Assembly (NCBI GenBank): GCA_018062625.1
Contig: JAGORV010000003.1
Location: 12,007 to 76,006, forward strand
Length of the DNA: 64,000 nucleotides
Direction: 5' to 3'
Source of the DNA: Candidatus Woesebacteria bacterium
GTDB taxonomy: Bacteria > Patescibacteriota > Microgenomatia > UBA10105 > UBA927
The notes below the pieces were generated by a model, which saw only the letters and a list, made by a program, of their open reading frames with translations, was not told the origin of the DNA and did not search any database. Of the stretch, positions 1 through 9,784 are shown piece by piece; the first letter of the stretch is position 1; each line of letters begins with the position of its first letter. A program made the translations under genes and the position numbers.

Positions 1-157
1 GTTTTGTTTTTTTGACTGCTTTTCGATATAGCGGATGTCGTGAAACATGCACCATTTCGACGATAATCGTTTTTTGCATCTTCATAGACACCACTTTTGC
101 GGTGATATCTTTTCGTCCTTTTTTCTCAATTTCTTTTGTACCTGCTGCTTGTTTCAT
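1..157 (-). CDS. rpsQ: 30S ribosomal protein S17 (5' part; gene runs off the window start)
   Basis: Not in ORF track because open-ended. My reverse-strand translation from ATG at 157-155: MKQAAGTKEIEKKGRKDITAKVVSMKMQKTIIVEMVHVSRHPLYRKAVKKTK. S17 pattern VVS.KM.KT..V......HP.Y.K. Starts 5 nt after rpmC stop, canonical L29-S17 order. Confidence 0.8.
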   Translation of the reverse strand, partial: MKQAAGTKEIEKKGRKDITAKVVSMKMQKTIIVEMVHVSRHPLYRKAVKKTK

Positions 158-161
158 AATA

Positions 162-371
162 TTACCTTTCTGCTGCAAGCTCTTTTGCTCGTATAATCGT
201 ACGGATAAATGCTAATTTTCTTCTCATAGTACCAATAAATCTTGTATTTTTTACATTTGTATGAGTACGCTTAAGCATATCATCAATAATCTGTCGCTTT
301 AGTTCTCCGGCTTTTTTCCAAAGATCTGCAACGGAAAATCCCATTAACTGTTCTTTTTCTGATGTTTTCAT
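162..371 (-). CDS. rpmC: 50S ribosomal protein L29
   Basis: 69-aa helical basic ORF between rplP and rpsQ; 4-nt overlap with rplP stop; operon position. Confidence 0.85.
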   Translation of the reverse strand: MKTSEKEQLMGFSVADLWKKAGELKRQIIDDMLKRTHTNVKNTRFIGTMRRKLAFIRTIIRAKELAAER

Positions 372-784
372 ATTAAACCCTCTCGACTAACAAATTTTGT
401 ACGAATTGGTAATTTGATAGCTGCGAGCCGCATAGCTTCCGCTGCTGCTTCACGACCGACTCCACTCATCTCAAACATCATGCGTCCCGGCCTAACCACT
501 GATACATATTCTGCCACATCACCTTTACCACTTCCCATACGTGTTTCTGGTGGCTTTTTCGTGATTGGTTTATCTGGAAAAATTCTAATCCAAATACGCC
601 CTCCACGACGAATACTATGAGTAAGCGCTCGCCTTGCCGCTTCAATTTGACGACTGCTGACCCAACCTGCGGTCATAGCCTTCAGGCCAAAATCACCAAA
701 AGACACTTCACTCCCTCGGATAGATACTCCACGCATCTTTCCTCGAAACTGTTTACGATGTTTTGCTCGTTTTGGTGCTAACAT
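368..784 (-). CDS. rplP: 50S ribosomal protein L16
   Basis: [20 protein letters not shown]-terminus typical of L16; operon position. Confidence 0.95.
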   Translation of the reverse strand: MLAPKRAKHRKQFRGKMRGVSIRGSEVSFGDFGLKAMTAGWVSSRQIEAARRALTHSIRRGGRIWIRIFPDKPITKKPPETRMGSGKGDVAEYVSVVRPGRMMFEMSGVGREAAAEAMRLAAIKLPIRTKFVSREGLI

Positions 785-786
785 AA

Positions 787-1461
787 TTATTTGCTAAATT
801 TACTTATCCAAACCTTAATACCTACATATCCTGATTTCGTTAATGCTGGTACTTCTGCGTAATCTACATCTTCTCGAATAGTTGATAGCGGAATAGATCC
901 AATTTTGTAGATCTCGCGTCGGGCAATTTCTGCTCCAGCTATACGACCTGCAAGTTTGATCTTGACTCCTTTTGCCCCTGCACTCATAACTCGCTCCAAT
1001 GTCTGATTACAAATACGTTTGTGTGGCATACGTTTGATCATTTGATCGCCAATATTTGTCGCCACCAAAAATGCACTCAAGTTTGGTTCTTTCACTGGTT
1101 CAACTACCACTTCTACTTTTGTTTTTGTCGGATCATAAACACTTTTATCTAATTTCTTCTCTCGAGCTATTTTCATGATTGCCTGTTCAACGTATTTCTT
1201 TATTTCTTCAAGTCCTGATCCACCACGACCTATTACCATACCAGGACGAGATACATGAAGGATAATCTTCACTTTGTTTATCGATCGTTCAATCTCTGTC
1301 TTAGCAAGTCCAGCTGGTTTAAGTTTGACACCCAAAACTTCTCGCAATTTTATATCCTGAATCAGTAATCCAGAATATCGTTTGTCGTCAGCAAACCAAC
1401 GAGATCCCCAAGTATATAAGGGTCCGAGTCTAAAACCATGTGGATTTATTTTTTGTCCCAT
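787..1461 (-). CDS. rpsC: 30S ribosomal protein S3
   Basis: [13 protein letters not shown] start and KH-domain core typical of S3. Confidence 0.95.
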   Translation of the reverse strand: MGQKINPHGFRLGPLYTWGSRWFADDKRYSGLLIQDIKLREVLGVKLKPAGLAKTEIERSINKVKIILHVSRPGMVIGRGGSGLEEIKKYVEQAIMKIAREKKLDKSVYDPTKTKVEVVVEPVKEPNLSAFLVATNIGDQMIKRMPHKRICNQTLERVMSAGAKGVKIKLAGRIAGAEIARREIYKIGSIPLSTIREDVDYAEVPALTKSGYVGIKVWISKFSK

Positions 1462-1464
1462 ATT

Positions 1465-1815
1465 TTATGCTTTCTTTGTAACTGCTACTCCATCAGTCAA
1501 TACGATCCGTATGTGTGTCATTCTTTTTTTAAACGCATGTGCGCTTCCTTTGGATACTGCATGCCATCGCTTGAGAGATGGTCCTCCCGTAACATCAATA
1601 AATGCAATCTTTAGATCATCTACTACTGCTTGTTTGTTTTTTGCGTTTGATAATGCCGATTGCAATGCATCCATGAGTGGCTTTGCTGCACGCTTAGGAT
1701 ACGTAGCCAATAGTGTCGCTGCTTTTCCGCCCTTCATCCCGCGAATCGTATCGGCAACTAACCGGACTTTTCGTGGACTCATATGAATGTATTTTGCAAC
1801 TGCTTGGTATTCCAT
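1465..1815 (-). CDS. rplV: 50S ribosomal protein L22
   Basis: ATG at 1815 gives MEYQAVAKYIHMSPRKVRLVADTIRG, a typical L22 start. The longer track ORF to 1890 would overlap rpsS by 71 nt. Confidence 0.9.
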   Translation of the reverse strand: MEYQAVAKYIHMSPRKVRLVADTIRGMKGGKAATLLATYPKRAAKPLMDALQSALSNAKNKQAVVDDLKIAFIDVTGGPSLKRWHAVSKGSAHAFKKRMTHIRIVLTDGVAVTKKA

Positions 1816-1819
1816 ATTT

Positions 1820-2104
1820 TTATGTCTTATCTGCTGTTCGCTTTGTGACCTGTCCATGACCTCGGAATGTTCGAGTAGGTGAAAATTCACCCAAACGATG
1901 TCCTACCATGCCTTCGGTAACAAACACTTCCACAAATATTCTTCCGTTATGAACCCCGAATTTGTGTCCCACAAACTCTGGTGGTATTTGGCAAGCTCGT
2001 GCCCACGTCTTAATCGCAGTACGATCTGCACCACCTTTTTGTTTGTTTACTTTGGCCATGACTCTTGGGTCGATATATGGGCCTTTTTTTGTACTTCGTG
2101 CCAT
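1820..2104 (-). CDS. rpsS: 30S ribosomal protein S19
   Basis: MARSTKKGPYID... GHRLGEFSPTRTFRGH, canonical S19. Confidence 0.95.
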   Translation of the reverse strand: MARSTKKGPYIDPRVMAKVNKQKGGADRTAIKTWARACQIPPEFVGHKFGVHNGRIFVEVFVTEGMVGHRLGEFSPTRTFRGHGQVTKRTADKT

Positions 2105-2106
2105 AA

Positions 2107-2862
2107 TTATTTCCTCCGTGATACGATCACAGTACTACTATATTTTCTCAATGTTCGTGTCTTTTTTCCAAGTGTTCGTTTACCCCATGGGCTTTTTGGT
2201 GATTTCATACCAATGCCACTTTTACCCTCTCCACCTCCGTGTGGATGACTTCGTGGGTTTTGTGCTACTCCTCGAACCGTTGGGCGTCTCCCCATATGTC
2301 GAGCTCGACCCGCTTTTCCAATTACTCGATTTTTCCATTCTACATTACTCACTGTTCCTACAGTTGCACGACTTCCCCCTGGGAATATTCGTACTTCTCC
2401 AGATGGAAGCTTGATTTGTATACTATCTCCATCTTTAGACAAAACTGTTGCACTATTTCCTGCTGATCGGACCATTTGTGCGCCACGACCTGGCTTGATT
2501 TCCAAATTATGCACAAACGTTCCGACAGGAATAAACTTCAAGGGCAATGCATTTCCTGTTTTTGCTTCCGCCTCATTTCCTGAAACTACCACATCACCAA
2601 TTTTCAGTTCGTGCGGAGCTAAAATATACCGTTTTTCACCATCTTTGTATACCACCAAAGCAATATCCGCTGATCGATTTGGGTCAAATTCTACCGTTTT
2701 GATAACTCCCTCTACACCATCTTTATTTCGTTTCCAATCTATCTCGCGATACATTCGCTTGTGTCGACCACCTTGGTGATGTGCGGAAATATGTCCGAAC
2801 ATATCGCGTCCGGAATTTTTCGGTAACACACTAAGTAGTGATTTTACAATTATGCGTGCCAT
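2107..2862 (-). CDS. rplB: 50S ribosomal protein L2 (N-terminally short)
   Basis: Conserved L2 core: DFKRNKDG-like [15 protein letters not shown]. About 24 aa shorter at the N-terminus than E. coli L2. Confidence 0.93.
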   Translation of the reverse strand: MARIIVKSLLSVLPKNSGRDMFGHISAHHQGGRHKRMYREIDWKRNKDGVEGVIKTVEFDPNRSADIALVVYKDGEKRYILAPHELKIGDVVVSGNEAEAKTGNALPLKFIPVGTFVHNLEIKPGRGAQMVRSAGNSATVLSKDGDSIQIKLPSGEVRIFPGGSRATVGTVSNVEWKNRVIGKAGRARHMGRRPTVRGVAQNPRSHPHGGGEGKSGIGMKSPKSPWGKRTLGKKTRTLRKYSSTVIVSRRK

Positions 2863-2864
2863 AG

Positions 2865-3176
2865 TTATTGTGTCGCCCCTTCTTGGGAAACTTCAAATAC
2901 TGGTATACGTTGTCCTTTAGCTAACTGTACTATCGCTTTTTTACGATCTGATCTCTGTACTACTTGAGATCGCTTTCCTACACGATGCGTCTTGCCTTTT
3001 ACATGCATCGTTCGAACAGCCAAAACTGTAACATTGTAAATTCGTTTCACTTCACGTTTTATATCTTCTTTGGTTGCAGTCATTGCCACTTCAAAAGAAA
3101 ACCAACTACGAGAAGCCAAACTCATGGTTTTTTCGGTAATCAACGGTCGCATGATAGTTGTGTGTGCTGTTCTCAT
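2865..3176 (-). CDS. rplW: 50S ribosomal protein L23
   Basis: PLITEKT motif; ATGA start/stop overlap with rplD. An alternative start at 3152 is possible. Confidence 0.9.
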   Translation of the reverse strand: MRTAHTTIMRPLITEKTMSLASRSWFSFEVAMTATKEDIKREVKRIYNVTVLAVRTMHVKGKTHRVGKRSQVVQRSDRKKAIVQLAKGQRIPVFEVSQEGATQ

Positions 3177-3913
3177 ACTGTTTTAATGAATCGTTTTGCA
3201 GCTTCTGCTACTGCCTGTTTCATTATGATAACTTTTTTGTGTGACAATAATGCATACGGATGTATATTTGAGATAGGCATTATTTCAACGCCTTCTATGT
3301 TGCGACTACTACGCGCAACACTTCCTGATTTTTCTGCAATTACTAGCAATACCGATGATCCTGCCTCTAGTACTCGAAGACTTTCTGCGATTGCTTTTGT
3401 TTTTGCAGGTAGCGATTCAAATCCATCAACAAATGTTATAAATCCTTGCTCAAATACATGAGTCAATGCACTTGCAAGTGCAACTGATTTCATTTTCTTT
3501 GGCAAATCCAAACTGTAATCGCGAGGAGTAGGTCCAAACACAATACCTCCGCCCACAAATATAGGCGCTCGAATACCACCGTGTCTTGCTTTACCTGTAC
3601 CTTTTTGCTTATAAATTTTTCGTGTAGATCCAGTCACTTGTCCTCGTGTTTTGACAGACGCATTTCCTGAGCGCTGATTTGCCTGATAAATCCGTACTGC
3701 TTGCGCCAATAAATTCTTATTTACTTTAGCTCCAAAAAGCTCTTCTGGAAGTGTCATAGTACCTGCAGCTGCACCTTTTGTATCCACGATGTGTACAGTT
3801 AGGCTCTTTTTTTCTGTTTTTGATGTTGTCTTTTTTGCTGTAGCAACAACTGCTGGCTTTACCCCTACCTTTACTGACTTTTTCACTGCTGGTTTTACGA
3901 TTTTAGTTGCCAT
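3173..3913 (-). CDS. rplD: 50S ribosomal protein L4 with ~37-aa Lys/Ala/Val-rich N-terminal extension
   Basis: QKGTGKARHGG motif and L4 core; extension MATKIVKPAVKKSVKVGVKPAVVATAKKTTSKTEKKS. Confidence 0.93.
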   Translation of the reverse strand: MATKIVKPAVKKSVKVGVKPAVVATAKKTTSKTEKKSLTVHIVDTKGAAAGTMTLPEELFGAKVNKNLLAQAVRIYQANQRSGNASVKTRGQVTGSTRKIYKQKGTGKARHGGIRAPIFVGGGIVFGPTPRDYSLDLPKKMKSVALASALTHVFEQGFITFVDGFESLPAKTKAIAESLRVLEAGSSVLLVIAEKSGSVARSSRNIEGVEIMPISNIHPYALLSHKKVIIMKQAVAEAAKRFIKTV

Positions 3914-3915
3914 AA

Positions 3916-4548
3916 TTATTTCTTCGCTGGTTCTTTGGCTACCACAAGAAGTCCATTGACTCCTCCTGGAACCACACCTTTTACATACAAAATACGTTTT
4001 TCTGCGTCTACTGATACTACTTTTAACCCTCGTACGGTCACTGTTTCATTTCCCATTCGCCCTGCCATTCGTTTTCCAGGATATACACGTCCTGGAGTAG
4101 TCGTTTGACCTATAGACCCTGGTGCACGTTCTCGATCAGATTGACCATGAGTTCTCGGTCCACCTTTAAAGTGATGTCGCTTCACGACTCCAGCAAATCC
4201 TTTTCCTTTGGATGTTCCAATAACACGAATTTTATCCCCTGCTGCAAAAATAGAATCTACTGCAACTTCGGTGCCAACTTTTTCATTTTCACCGATATCT
4301 GTGACTCGAAAACTGCGTAAAAAACGGAGCTTTTGTGTGAGCCCCGCTTTTTTTAAATGTCCTTCTTCTGGTTTAGTAAGATTTTTGGTGACACCGAATC
4401 CAAGTTGGATATTCTTATATGTCGGCATCTCATCAATCTGCGTAATCCAGTTAGGACCCACAGAAATAGCCGTGACAGGAATTCGCATTCCGCTTTCGGT
4501 AAATGCTTGAGACTGACCAATTTTTGTGCCTAACAATGCTGTGATCAT
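3916..4548 (-). CDS. rplC: 50S ribosomal protein L3
   Basis: GKGFAGVVKRHHF motif; operon position. Confidence 0.95.
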   Translation of the reverse strand: MITALLGTKIGQSQAFTESGMRIPVTAISVGPNWITQIDEMPTYKNIQLGFGVTKNLTKPEEGHLKKAGLTQKLRFLRSFRVTDIGENEKVGTEVAVDSIFAAGDKIRVIGTSKGKGFAGVVKRHHFKGGPRTHGQSDRERAPGSIGQTTTPGRVYPGKRMAGRMGNETVTVRGLKVVSVDAEKRILYVKGVVPGGVNGLLVVAKEPAKK

Positions 4549-4560
4549 AATGTCTTTTCC

Positions 4561-4587
4561 AAAAAAAAACGACCTCGGTTGAGGTCG
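4561..4587 (-). terminator. Intrinsic-terminator-like hairpin plus U9 tract, 12 nt upstream of the rplC start (attenuator candidate)
   Basis: Reverse strand reads CGACCTC-AACC-GAGGTCG (7-bp stem, 4570-4587) followed by TTTTTTTTT (4561-4569), then GGAAAAGACATT-ATG. Confidence 0.7.
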
Positions 4588-4674
4588 TCTTCCAATCCAT
4601 TTGGAAGGCTCATCCGAGACTTTTGGCTTACTTATATACTTTGTTTAAACAAAGCGTCATATCAATCTAATCCA

Positions 4675-4703
4675 AGTATACCAGAGTATCTCATTTGAAG
4701 CAA
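4675..4703 (-). promoter_or_regulatory. Candidate internal promoter for the rplC cluster
   Basis: Reverse strand: TTGCTT (4703-4698), 17-nt spacer, then TGgTATACT extended -10 (hexamer 4680-4675). Confidence 0.35.
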
Positions 4704-4716
4704 TTTTTCTTGCTTC

Positions 4717-5025
4717 TTACATTTTTATCTCGACATCAACTCCTGCTGGCAAATCCAAATGCATGAGCTGGTCGATCGTCTTGTCTGTAGGTTCCACAAT
4801 GTCGATAAGTCGTTTGTGCGTTTTAATCATAAAATCTTCTCGACTATTTCTGTCGATAAAGGTAGCACGTGCTACATTGAAATGTTGCTTATCTGTAGGA
4901 AGAGGTACTGGACCTACCACTCGTGCACCTGTGCGCACTGCAGTATCCAATATCTTTTGGCAACAATCATCTATGATTCTACTGTCGTACGCTTTTAAGC
5001 GTACTCGTATACGACCTTTTGGCAT
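4717..5025 (-). CDS. rpsJ: 30S ribosomal protein S10
   Basis: RIRVRLKAYD... typical S10. ATG at 5025 preferred; the track start at 5046 is a TTG codon. Confidence 0.93.
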   Translation of the reverse strand: MPKGRIRVRLKAYDSRIIDDCCQKILDTAVRTGARVVGPVPLPTDKQHFNVARATFIDRNSREDFMIKTHKRLIDIVEPTDKTIDQLMHLDLPAGVDVEIKM

Positions 5026-5071
5026 TGTTTTATTAAGGTACCCCAAACGTTTTTAGACGAGCTAAAACTGC

Positions 5072-6259
5072 TTAGGCTATAATTTTTGTAATAACTCCAG
5101 CTCCAACTGTGTGTCCACCTTCTCGGATAGCAAATCGAAGTCCTTCTTCGAGCGCTACAGCAACGATAAGTTTGACCACCATTTTGGTACTGTCTCCTGG
5201 CATAACCATCTCAACTCCTGCTGGAAGTGTAACTTCTCCAGTCACGTCAGTTGTTTGAATGTAGAATTGTGGTCTGTAGCCTGTAAAGAATGGTGTATGT
5301 CGTCCACCTTCTTCTTTATTAAGTACGTACACTTCTGCTTCAAATTCTGTGTGTGGTTTGACTGATCCAGCCGCTGCCAACACTTGACCACGCTCAACTT
5401 GCTCTTTTTCGACACCTCGAAGTAATACTCCGACGTTATCTCCTGCAAGTCCTTCGTCCAATGTTTTACGGAACATTTCAACTCCTGTAACAACAGTAGA
5501 CTGTGTAGGTTTGATACCAACAATTTCGATGGTTTCTCCGACCTTCACTTTTCCTCGAGTTACACGACCTGTCACCACTGTTCCTCGTCCTTTGATAGAA
5601 AATACGTCTTCTACAGGCATAAGGAATGGCTTATCAAGTTCTCGTTTTGGTTCTGGGATGTATTCATCCACAGTTTTCATGAGCTCTAGAATAGAAGCTT
5701 CTGCTTCCGCATCTCCTTGCAATGCTTTAAGCGCACTACCTCGGATGACAGGAATCTGATCTCCTGGATATTGATACTTGGTCAAAAGCTCACGAACTTC
5801 CATTTCCACAAGATCCAAGAGCTCTTTGTCCTGTACCATATCGCATTTGTTCATAAATACGACGATACCTGGAACGTTTACTTGCTTTGCAAGCAAGATG
5901 TGTTCTCGGGTTTGTGGCATTGGACCATCTGGTGCTGACACAACGAGGATTGCTCCATCCATTTGTGCGGCTCCTGTGATCATGTTTTTGACGTAGTCAG
6001 CATGTCCTGGGGCGTCAATGTGTGCATAGTGACGATTTACTGTTTCGTATTCTGAGTGATGGATGTTGATGGTAACGCCACGTGCTTTTTCTTCTGGGGC
6101 GTTATCGATTTCATCGTACTTCAATGCTTTTGCCATACCTGATTTTGCAAGTACGGTAGTAATAGCTGAGGTAAGTGTAGTCTTACCATGGTCAACGTGA
6201 CCAATGGTTCCAATATTTAAATGTGGCTTGCTTCGAACAAATTTAGTTGCGTCTGCCAT
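5072..6259 (-). CDS. tuf: Elongation factor Tu
   Basis: [18 protein letters not shown] and NKCD motifs. ATG 6259 (MADATKF) is preceded by GGAGG (6267-6271) at 7 nt. Confidence 0.97.
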   Translation of the reverse strand: MADATKFVRSKPHLNIGTIGHVDHGKTTLTSAITTVLAKSGMAKALKYDEIDNAPEEKARGVTINIHHSEYETVNRHYAHIDAPGHADYVKNMITGAAQMDGAILVVSAPDGPMPQTREHILLAKQVNVPGIVVFMNKCDMVQDKELLDLVEMEVRELLTKYQYPGDQIPVIRGSALKALQGDAEAEASILELMKTVDEYIPEPKRELDKPFLMPVEDVFSIKGRGTVVTGRVTRGKVKVGETIEIVGIKPTQSTVVTGVEMFRKTLDEGLAGDNVGVLLRGVEKEQVERGQVLAAAGSVKPHTEFEAEVYVLNKEEGGRHTPFFTGYRPQFYIQTTDVTGEVTLPAGVEMVMPGDSTKMVVKLIVAVALEEGLRFAIREGGHTVGAGVITKIIA

Positions 6260-6327
6260 ATGATTGCCTCCTTTTGACAATAAATACAATGAACGAATTG
6301 CTTCGTCTAGTTTATGTTATTTTACCA

Positions 6328-8436
6328 TCAGCTCACGGTTTTTGCAATGATCTTTTCTTGGATATTCTTTGGAACCTCTTCATAGTGACTTGGTTCCATG
6401 TAATATGTTGCTCGTCCTTTGGACAAACTACGCAACAATGTTGCATATCCAGAAAGCTCTGCAAGCGGAACTGTAGCTAAAATGACGGTGACCATCCCAC
6501 GCTTCTGCGTTCCTACGACTTGTGCGCGACGACTAGACAAATCACCTATAACATCTCCCATGTATTCATCGGGTGTCGTCACTTCAACCTTCATGATCGG
6601 CTCAAGTATGGTAGGATCAGCATGTTTTACTGCATCCTGAAGAGCCATAGATCCTGCTATTTTGAAAGCAATTTCAGAAGAATCGACGTCGTGATAGGTA
6701 CCATCATAAAGCGTCGCCTTGACGTCTACGAGTGGATATCCTGCTATCACACCATTTTCCAATGCCTCTTTGATACCTTTGCCAACTGCTGGAATGTATT
6801 CATTTGGAATAGCTCCGCCCTTGATAGCGTCCACGTATTCAAATCCTTCTCCTCGGCCTTTCGGTTCAAGTCGGATAAGTGCGTGACCATATTGACCTCG
6901 ACCTCCGGTTTGTCGGATATACTTTCCTTCTCCTTCAGATGCTTTTCGGATAGTTTCTTTGTAGGCAACCTGAGGAGCTCCGACATTTGCTTCTACCTTA
7001 AACTCACGTTTCATACGGTCAACGAGAATTTCGAGATGCAACTCTCCCATACCCCAGATAATAGTTTGGTTGGTCTCTTGGTTACTTTTGATCTTAAATG
7101 TAGGATCTTCTTCGGAAAGTCTTTGGAGTGCATATCCCATTTTTTCTTGGTCATTTTTCGTTTTTGGCTCGATAGCAAGAGAGATAACTGGATCTGGAAA
7201 GGTAATTTTCTCAAGTACTATTGGATTTTCTGGATCACAAAGCGTGTCTCCTGTTATTGTGTCTTTCAATCCGACCACAGCCACGATTTCTCCTGCATAT
7301 GCTTCTCGAATTTCTTCTCGCTGGTTTGCGTGCATCAAAAGCAATCGACCCACACGCTCTTTTGTATCTTTACTAGAATTGTAGGCATATGACCCAGATT
7401 CCAATTTTCCAGAGTATATACGCACATAGGTTAGTTTTCCAACATGTGGATCAATTTGGATTTTGAAGGCAATTCCTGCAAAAGGCGCATCTTTCCCACG
7501 AGGATATGATACTTTTTCTTCTGTGCGTGGATGTGTTCCTTCTACTGGTGGAAGATCAAGTGGTGAAGGCAAGTAGTCAACCACTGCATCCAAAACTGGC
7601 TGAACACCTTTATTTCGGAGACTAGATCCTGCATAGATAGGCACGAGTTTATAGGCGATGACTGCTCGTCGAAGTGCTGCTTTAAGCTCTTCTACAGTAG
7701 GTTCTTCGCCACCAAGGTACTTTTCGAGTAACGCATCATCTGTTTCAGCGATCTTCTCAATAAGGTCTTTTCGACTTTGTTCAACTTCTGCTACAAGATC
7801 TTCTGGAATAACATCTGATTCTTCAAATGATGCACCAAGCTCATCACTACCCCATGTATATGATTTGCGTGTAAGTACGTCTACGATTCCTTTAAATAAA
7901 TTCTCTCGACCTATTGGAACTACCATAACCGCTGGGTTTGCACCAAGACGATCAACGATGGATTGAATAGTTGCACGAAAATCTGCACCAATTTTATCCA
8001 TTTTATTGATAAAGCAAAGTCGTGGCACTCGATATTTGTCTGCTTGATGCCAAACCGTTTCTGACTGTGATTGCACACCTTCTTCTGCATCAAGCACAGT
8101 GATACCTCCATCAAGCACACGAAGAGATCGCTCTACTTCTGCGGTAAAATCTACGTGTCCTGGAGTGTCAATAATATTAAAACGGTAGCCTTTCCAAAAT
8201 GTGGTGGTAGCAGCAGATACAATAGTAATACCTCTTTCCTTTTCCTGTTCCATCCAGTCCATCTGAGTGGTACCTTCATCGATGTCACCAATTTTATAAC
8301 TGCGACCAGTGTAGAAAAGAATACGTTCTGTGGTTGTGGTTTTTCCAGCGTCAATGTGCGCGATGACACCAATATTACGAACCTTATCTAAAGGTACATC
8401 ACGATTTTCTGTAAGAGTTGTTTGTGGTTGGGCCAT
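6328..8436 (-). CDS. fusA: Elongation factor G
   Basis: [20 protein letters not shown] and NKMD motifs; ATG 8436 (MAQPQTT) chosen over the upstream track start. Confidence 0.97.
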   Translation of the reverse strand: MAQPQTTLTENRDVPLDKVRNIGVIAHIDAGKTTTTERILFYTGRSYKIGDIDEGTTQMDWMEQEKERGITIVSAATTTFWKGYRFNIIDTPGHVDFTAEVERSLRVLDGGITVLDAEEGVQSQSETVWHQADKYRVPRLCFINKMDKIGADFRATIQSIVDRLGANPAVMVVPIGRENLFKGIVDVLTRKSYTWGSDELGASFEESDVIPEDLVAEVEQSRKDLIEKIAETDDALLEKYLGGEEPTVEELKAALRRAVIAYKLVPIYAGSSLRNKGVQPVLDAVVDYLPSPLDLPPVEGTHPRTEEKVSYPRGKDAPFAGIAFKIQIDPHVGKLTYVRIYSGKLESGSYAYNSSKDTKERVGRLLLMHANQREEIREAYAGEIVAVVGLKDTITGDTLCDPENPIVLEKITFPDPVISLAIEPKTKNDQEKMGYALQRLSEEDPTFKIKSNQETNQTIIWGMGELHLEILVDRMKREFKVEANVGAPQVAYKETIRKASEGEGKYIRQTGGRGQYGHALIRLEPKGRGEGFEYVDAIKGGAIPNEYIPAVGKGIKEALENGVIAGYPLVDVKATLYDGTYHDVDSSEIAFKIAGSMALQDAVKHADPTILEPIMKVEVTTPDEYMGDVIGDLSSRRAQVVGTQKRGMVTVILATVPLAELSGYATLLRSLSKGRATYYMEPSHYEEVPKNIQEKIIAKTVS

Positions 8437-8462
8437 AAAAAATAAAATCCCGCCCAGCGGGA
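8437..8462 (-). terminator. Terminator-like GC hairpin plus U-rich tract directly abutting the fusA start codon
   Basis: Reverse strand: TCCCGC-TGG-GCGGGA (8462-8448), then TTTTATTTTTT (8447-8437), then ATG. Confidence 0.5.
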
Positions 8463-8490
8463 CAACACATATCAACAAGGCATTATGAGT

Positions 8491-8519
8491 ATTTTATACG
8501 ATTTACGCTACAGTGTCCA
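8491..8519 (-). promoter_or_regulatory. Candidate fusA promoter
   Basis: Reverse strand: TGGACA (8519-8514), 17-nt spacer, TAAAAT (8496-8491). Confidence 0.4.
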
Positions 8520-8596
8520 TAGTCCTCATAATCCTCCAAATTTCATTCAATATATTTGGTATATATATAATAGAAGGATTATAATCAGCCAAATAT

Positions 8597-8803
8597 ATGG
8601 AAACAATTGAAAATTCAGTTCAAGTGCTGCGCCAAAAAATGAAAATAACCCAAGAGCAACTAGCGGATGCTGTAGGTGTCACACGACAAACAATCATAGC
8701 AATAGAGAAGGGATCATACATACCATCATTATTATTAGCATTCCATATTGCTAAATTTTTTCATAAACCTGTAGAATCTATATTTGAAATATGCAAAAAA
8801 TAA
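8597..8803 (+). CDS. Small XRE-family helix-turn-helix transcriptional regulator
   Basis: 68 aa; ITQEQLADAVGVTRQTIIAIEKG is a classic HTH_3 motif. TATAAT at 8580-8585 lies 11 nt before the ATG. Confidence 0.85.
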   Translation: METIENSVQVLRQKMKITQEQLADAVGVTRQTIIAIEKGSYIPSLLLAFHIAKFFHKPVESIFEICKK

Positions 8804-9165
8804 CATCACCATTCAAACGAGAACTATTTCTTTCACTCGCCATCGTAATAGTGTTAACCATATTCACATTACCCACCGGCTTACTCATGCCTAAGTCAAC
8901 TGAAATGTTTTTATTAGTAATCTTTGCACTTATGTTTTTTATCTATCTTGGACTTATTTGGAATGAGCATGCTAACGATGAACGAGAACACGCCCATCAA
9001 CTCACTGCGGGGAGAGTGTCATTTTTTTCAGGAACAACCATACTCTGCATCGGGATAATCTTACAAGCGATGACACATAATATAGATCCATGGCTTGTTA
9101 TAACACTTGGAATTATGATACTAACTAAAATACTGATTCGTATTTATACACAAATTACCCAGTAA
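8791..9165 (+). CDS. Small integral membrane protein (4 predicted TM), paired with the XRE regulator
   Basis: Hydrophobic segments; 13-nt overlap with the regulator gene. This pairing is common for small XRE regulators. Confidence 0.6.
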   Translation: MQKITSPFKRELFLSLAIVIVLTIFTLPTGLLMPKSTEMFLLVIFALMFFIYLGLIWNEHANDEREHAHQLTAGRVSFFSGTTILCIGIILQAMTHNIDPWLVITLGIMILTKILIRIYTQITQ

Positions 9166-9174
9166 CACCTCACG

Positions 9175-9194
9175 ATGTCAAGTGTACTTGACAT
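9175..9194. promoter_or_regulatory. 20-bp palindrome ATGTCAAGT-GT-ACTTGACAT (operator or hairpin candidate)
   Basis: Two perfect 9-nt inverted arms read directly; contains TTGACA on both strands. Lies between the XRE/membrane pair and the thioredoxin gene. Confidence 0.5.
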
Positions 9195-9248
9195 TATGCA
9201 ACTTATACCGTACGGTGTGTATATATTAAATATTTTTAAAGGAGGTAT

Positions 9249-9779
9249 ATGAATACAAAACTTTTAGCATTCATAGGTATAATAGCTATTGCAGTTATCG
9301 GTGTTATTTACATGAAATCTTCTCCCGCCACACCAAAAGATGCCATGATGGAAAAAGCGGACTCCACAATAACAGATACCAAAGCAGCAATGGAACTAAA
9401 AAATACAACACCAACTGATGAAACGATGATGAAAAAGGATGAAACAGCACCCACAGACGCTATGCAAAAATCCTCTTCTCGTTATGTCACATATTCTAAA
9501 GATTCATTTGACGCTGCCAAAGACAAAAAACGTGTATATTTCTTCTTTGCGCCTTGGTGCCCAACCTGCGTACCAACCGATAAAGATTTTCAGGCCAATA
9601 TTGATCAGATACCTTCAGATGTAATCGTATTTAAAACAGATTATGATTCTTCTACAGCTCTAAAGAAACAATACGCGGTCACCTACCAACACACATTTGT
9701 ACAGGTAGATGCGACTGGAAAAGAAGTCGTAAAATGGAATGGTGGGCGTATCCCAGAACTTAAAGCGAACATAAAATAA
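9249..9779 (+). CDS. Membrane-anchored thioredoxin-fold protein (CxxC)
   Basis: N-terminal TM/signal anchor; FFFAPWCPTCVP active-site motif; strong SD AAAGGAGG upstream. Confidence 0.8.
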   Translation: MNTKLLAFIGIIAIAVIGVIYMKSSPATPKDAMMEKADSTITDTKAAMELKNTTPTDETMMKKDETAPTDAMQKSSSRYVTYSKDSFDAAKDKKRVYFFFAPWCPTCVPTDKDFQANIDQIPSDVIVFKTDYDSSTALKKQYAVTYQHTFVQVDATGKEVVKWNGGRIPELKANIK

Positions 9780-9784
9780 CGAGT

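Noticed and set aside
1816-1890. 25-aa N-terminal extension of L22 from the track ORF
   Set aside because: It would overlap rpsS by 71 nt. The internal ATG at 1815 gives a canonical L22 N-terminus 4 nt after the rpsS stop.
6260-6327. Weak hairpin ACGAA-GCAA-TTCGT plus a T-rich run between fusA and tuf
   Set aside because: The stem is only 5-6 bp and the U-tract is interrupted, so it is too weak to call a terminator or attenuator without folding statistics.
6520-7392. 290-aa forward-strand ORF antisense to fusA (also 7070-7384 and 8071-8391)
   Set aside because: It lies entirely inside a highly conserved, intact EF-G gene. The translation is low-complexity (Phe/Ser/Cys/Ile-rich) with no recognisable motif, typical of a shadow ORF opposite a coding frame.
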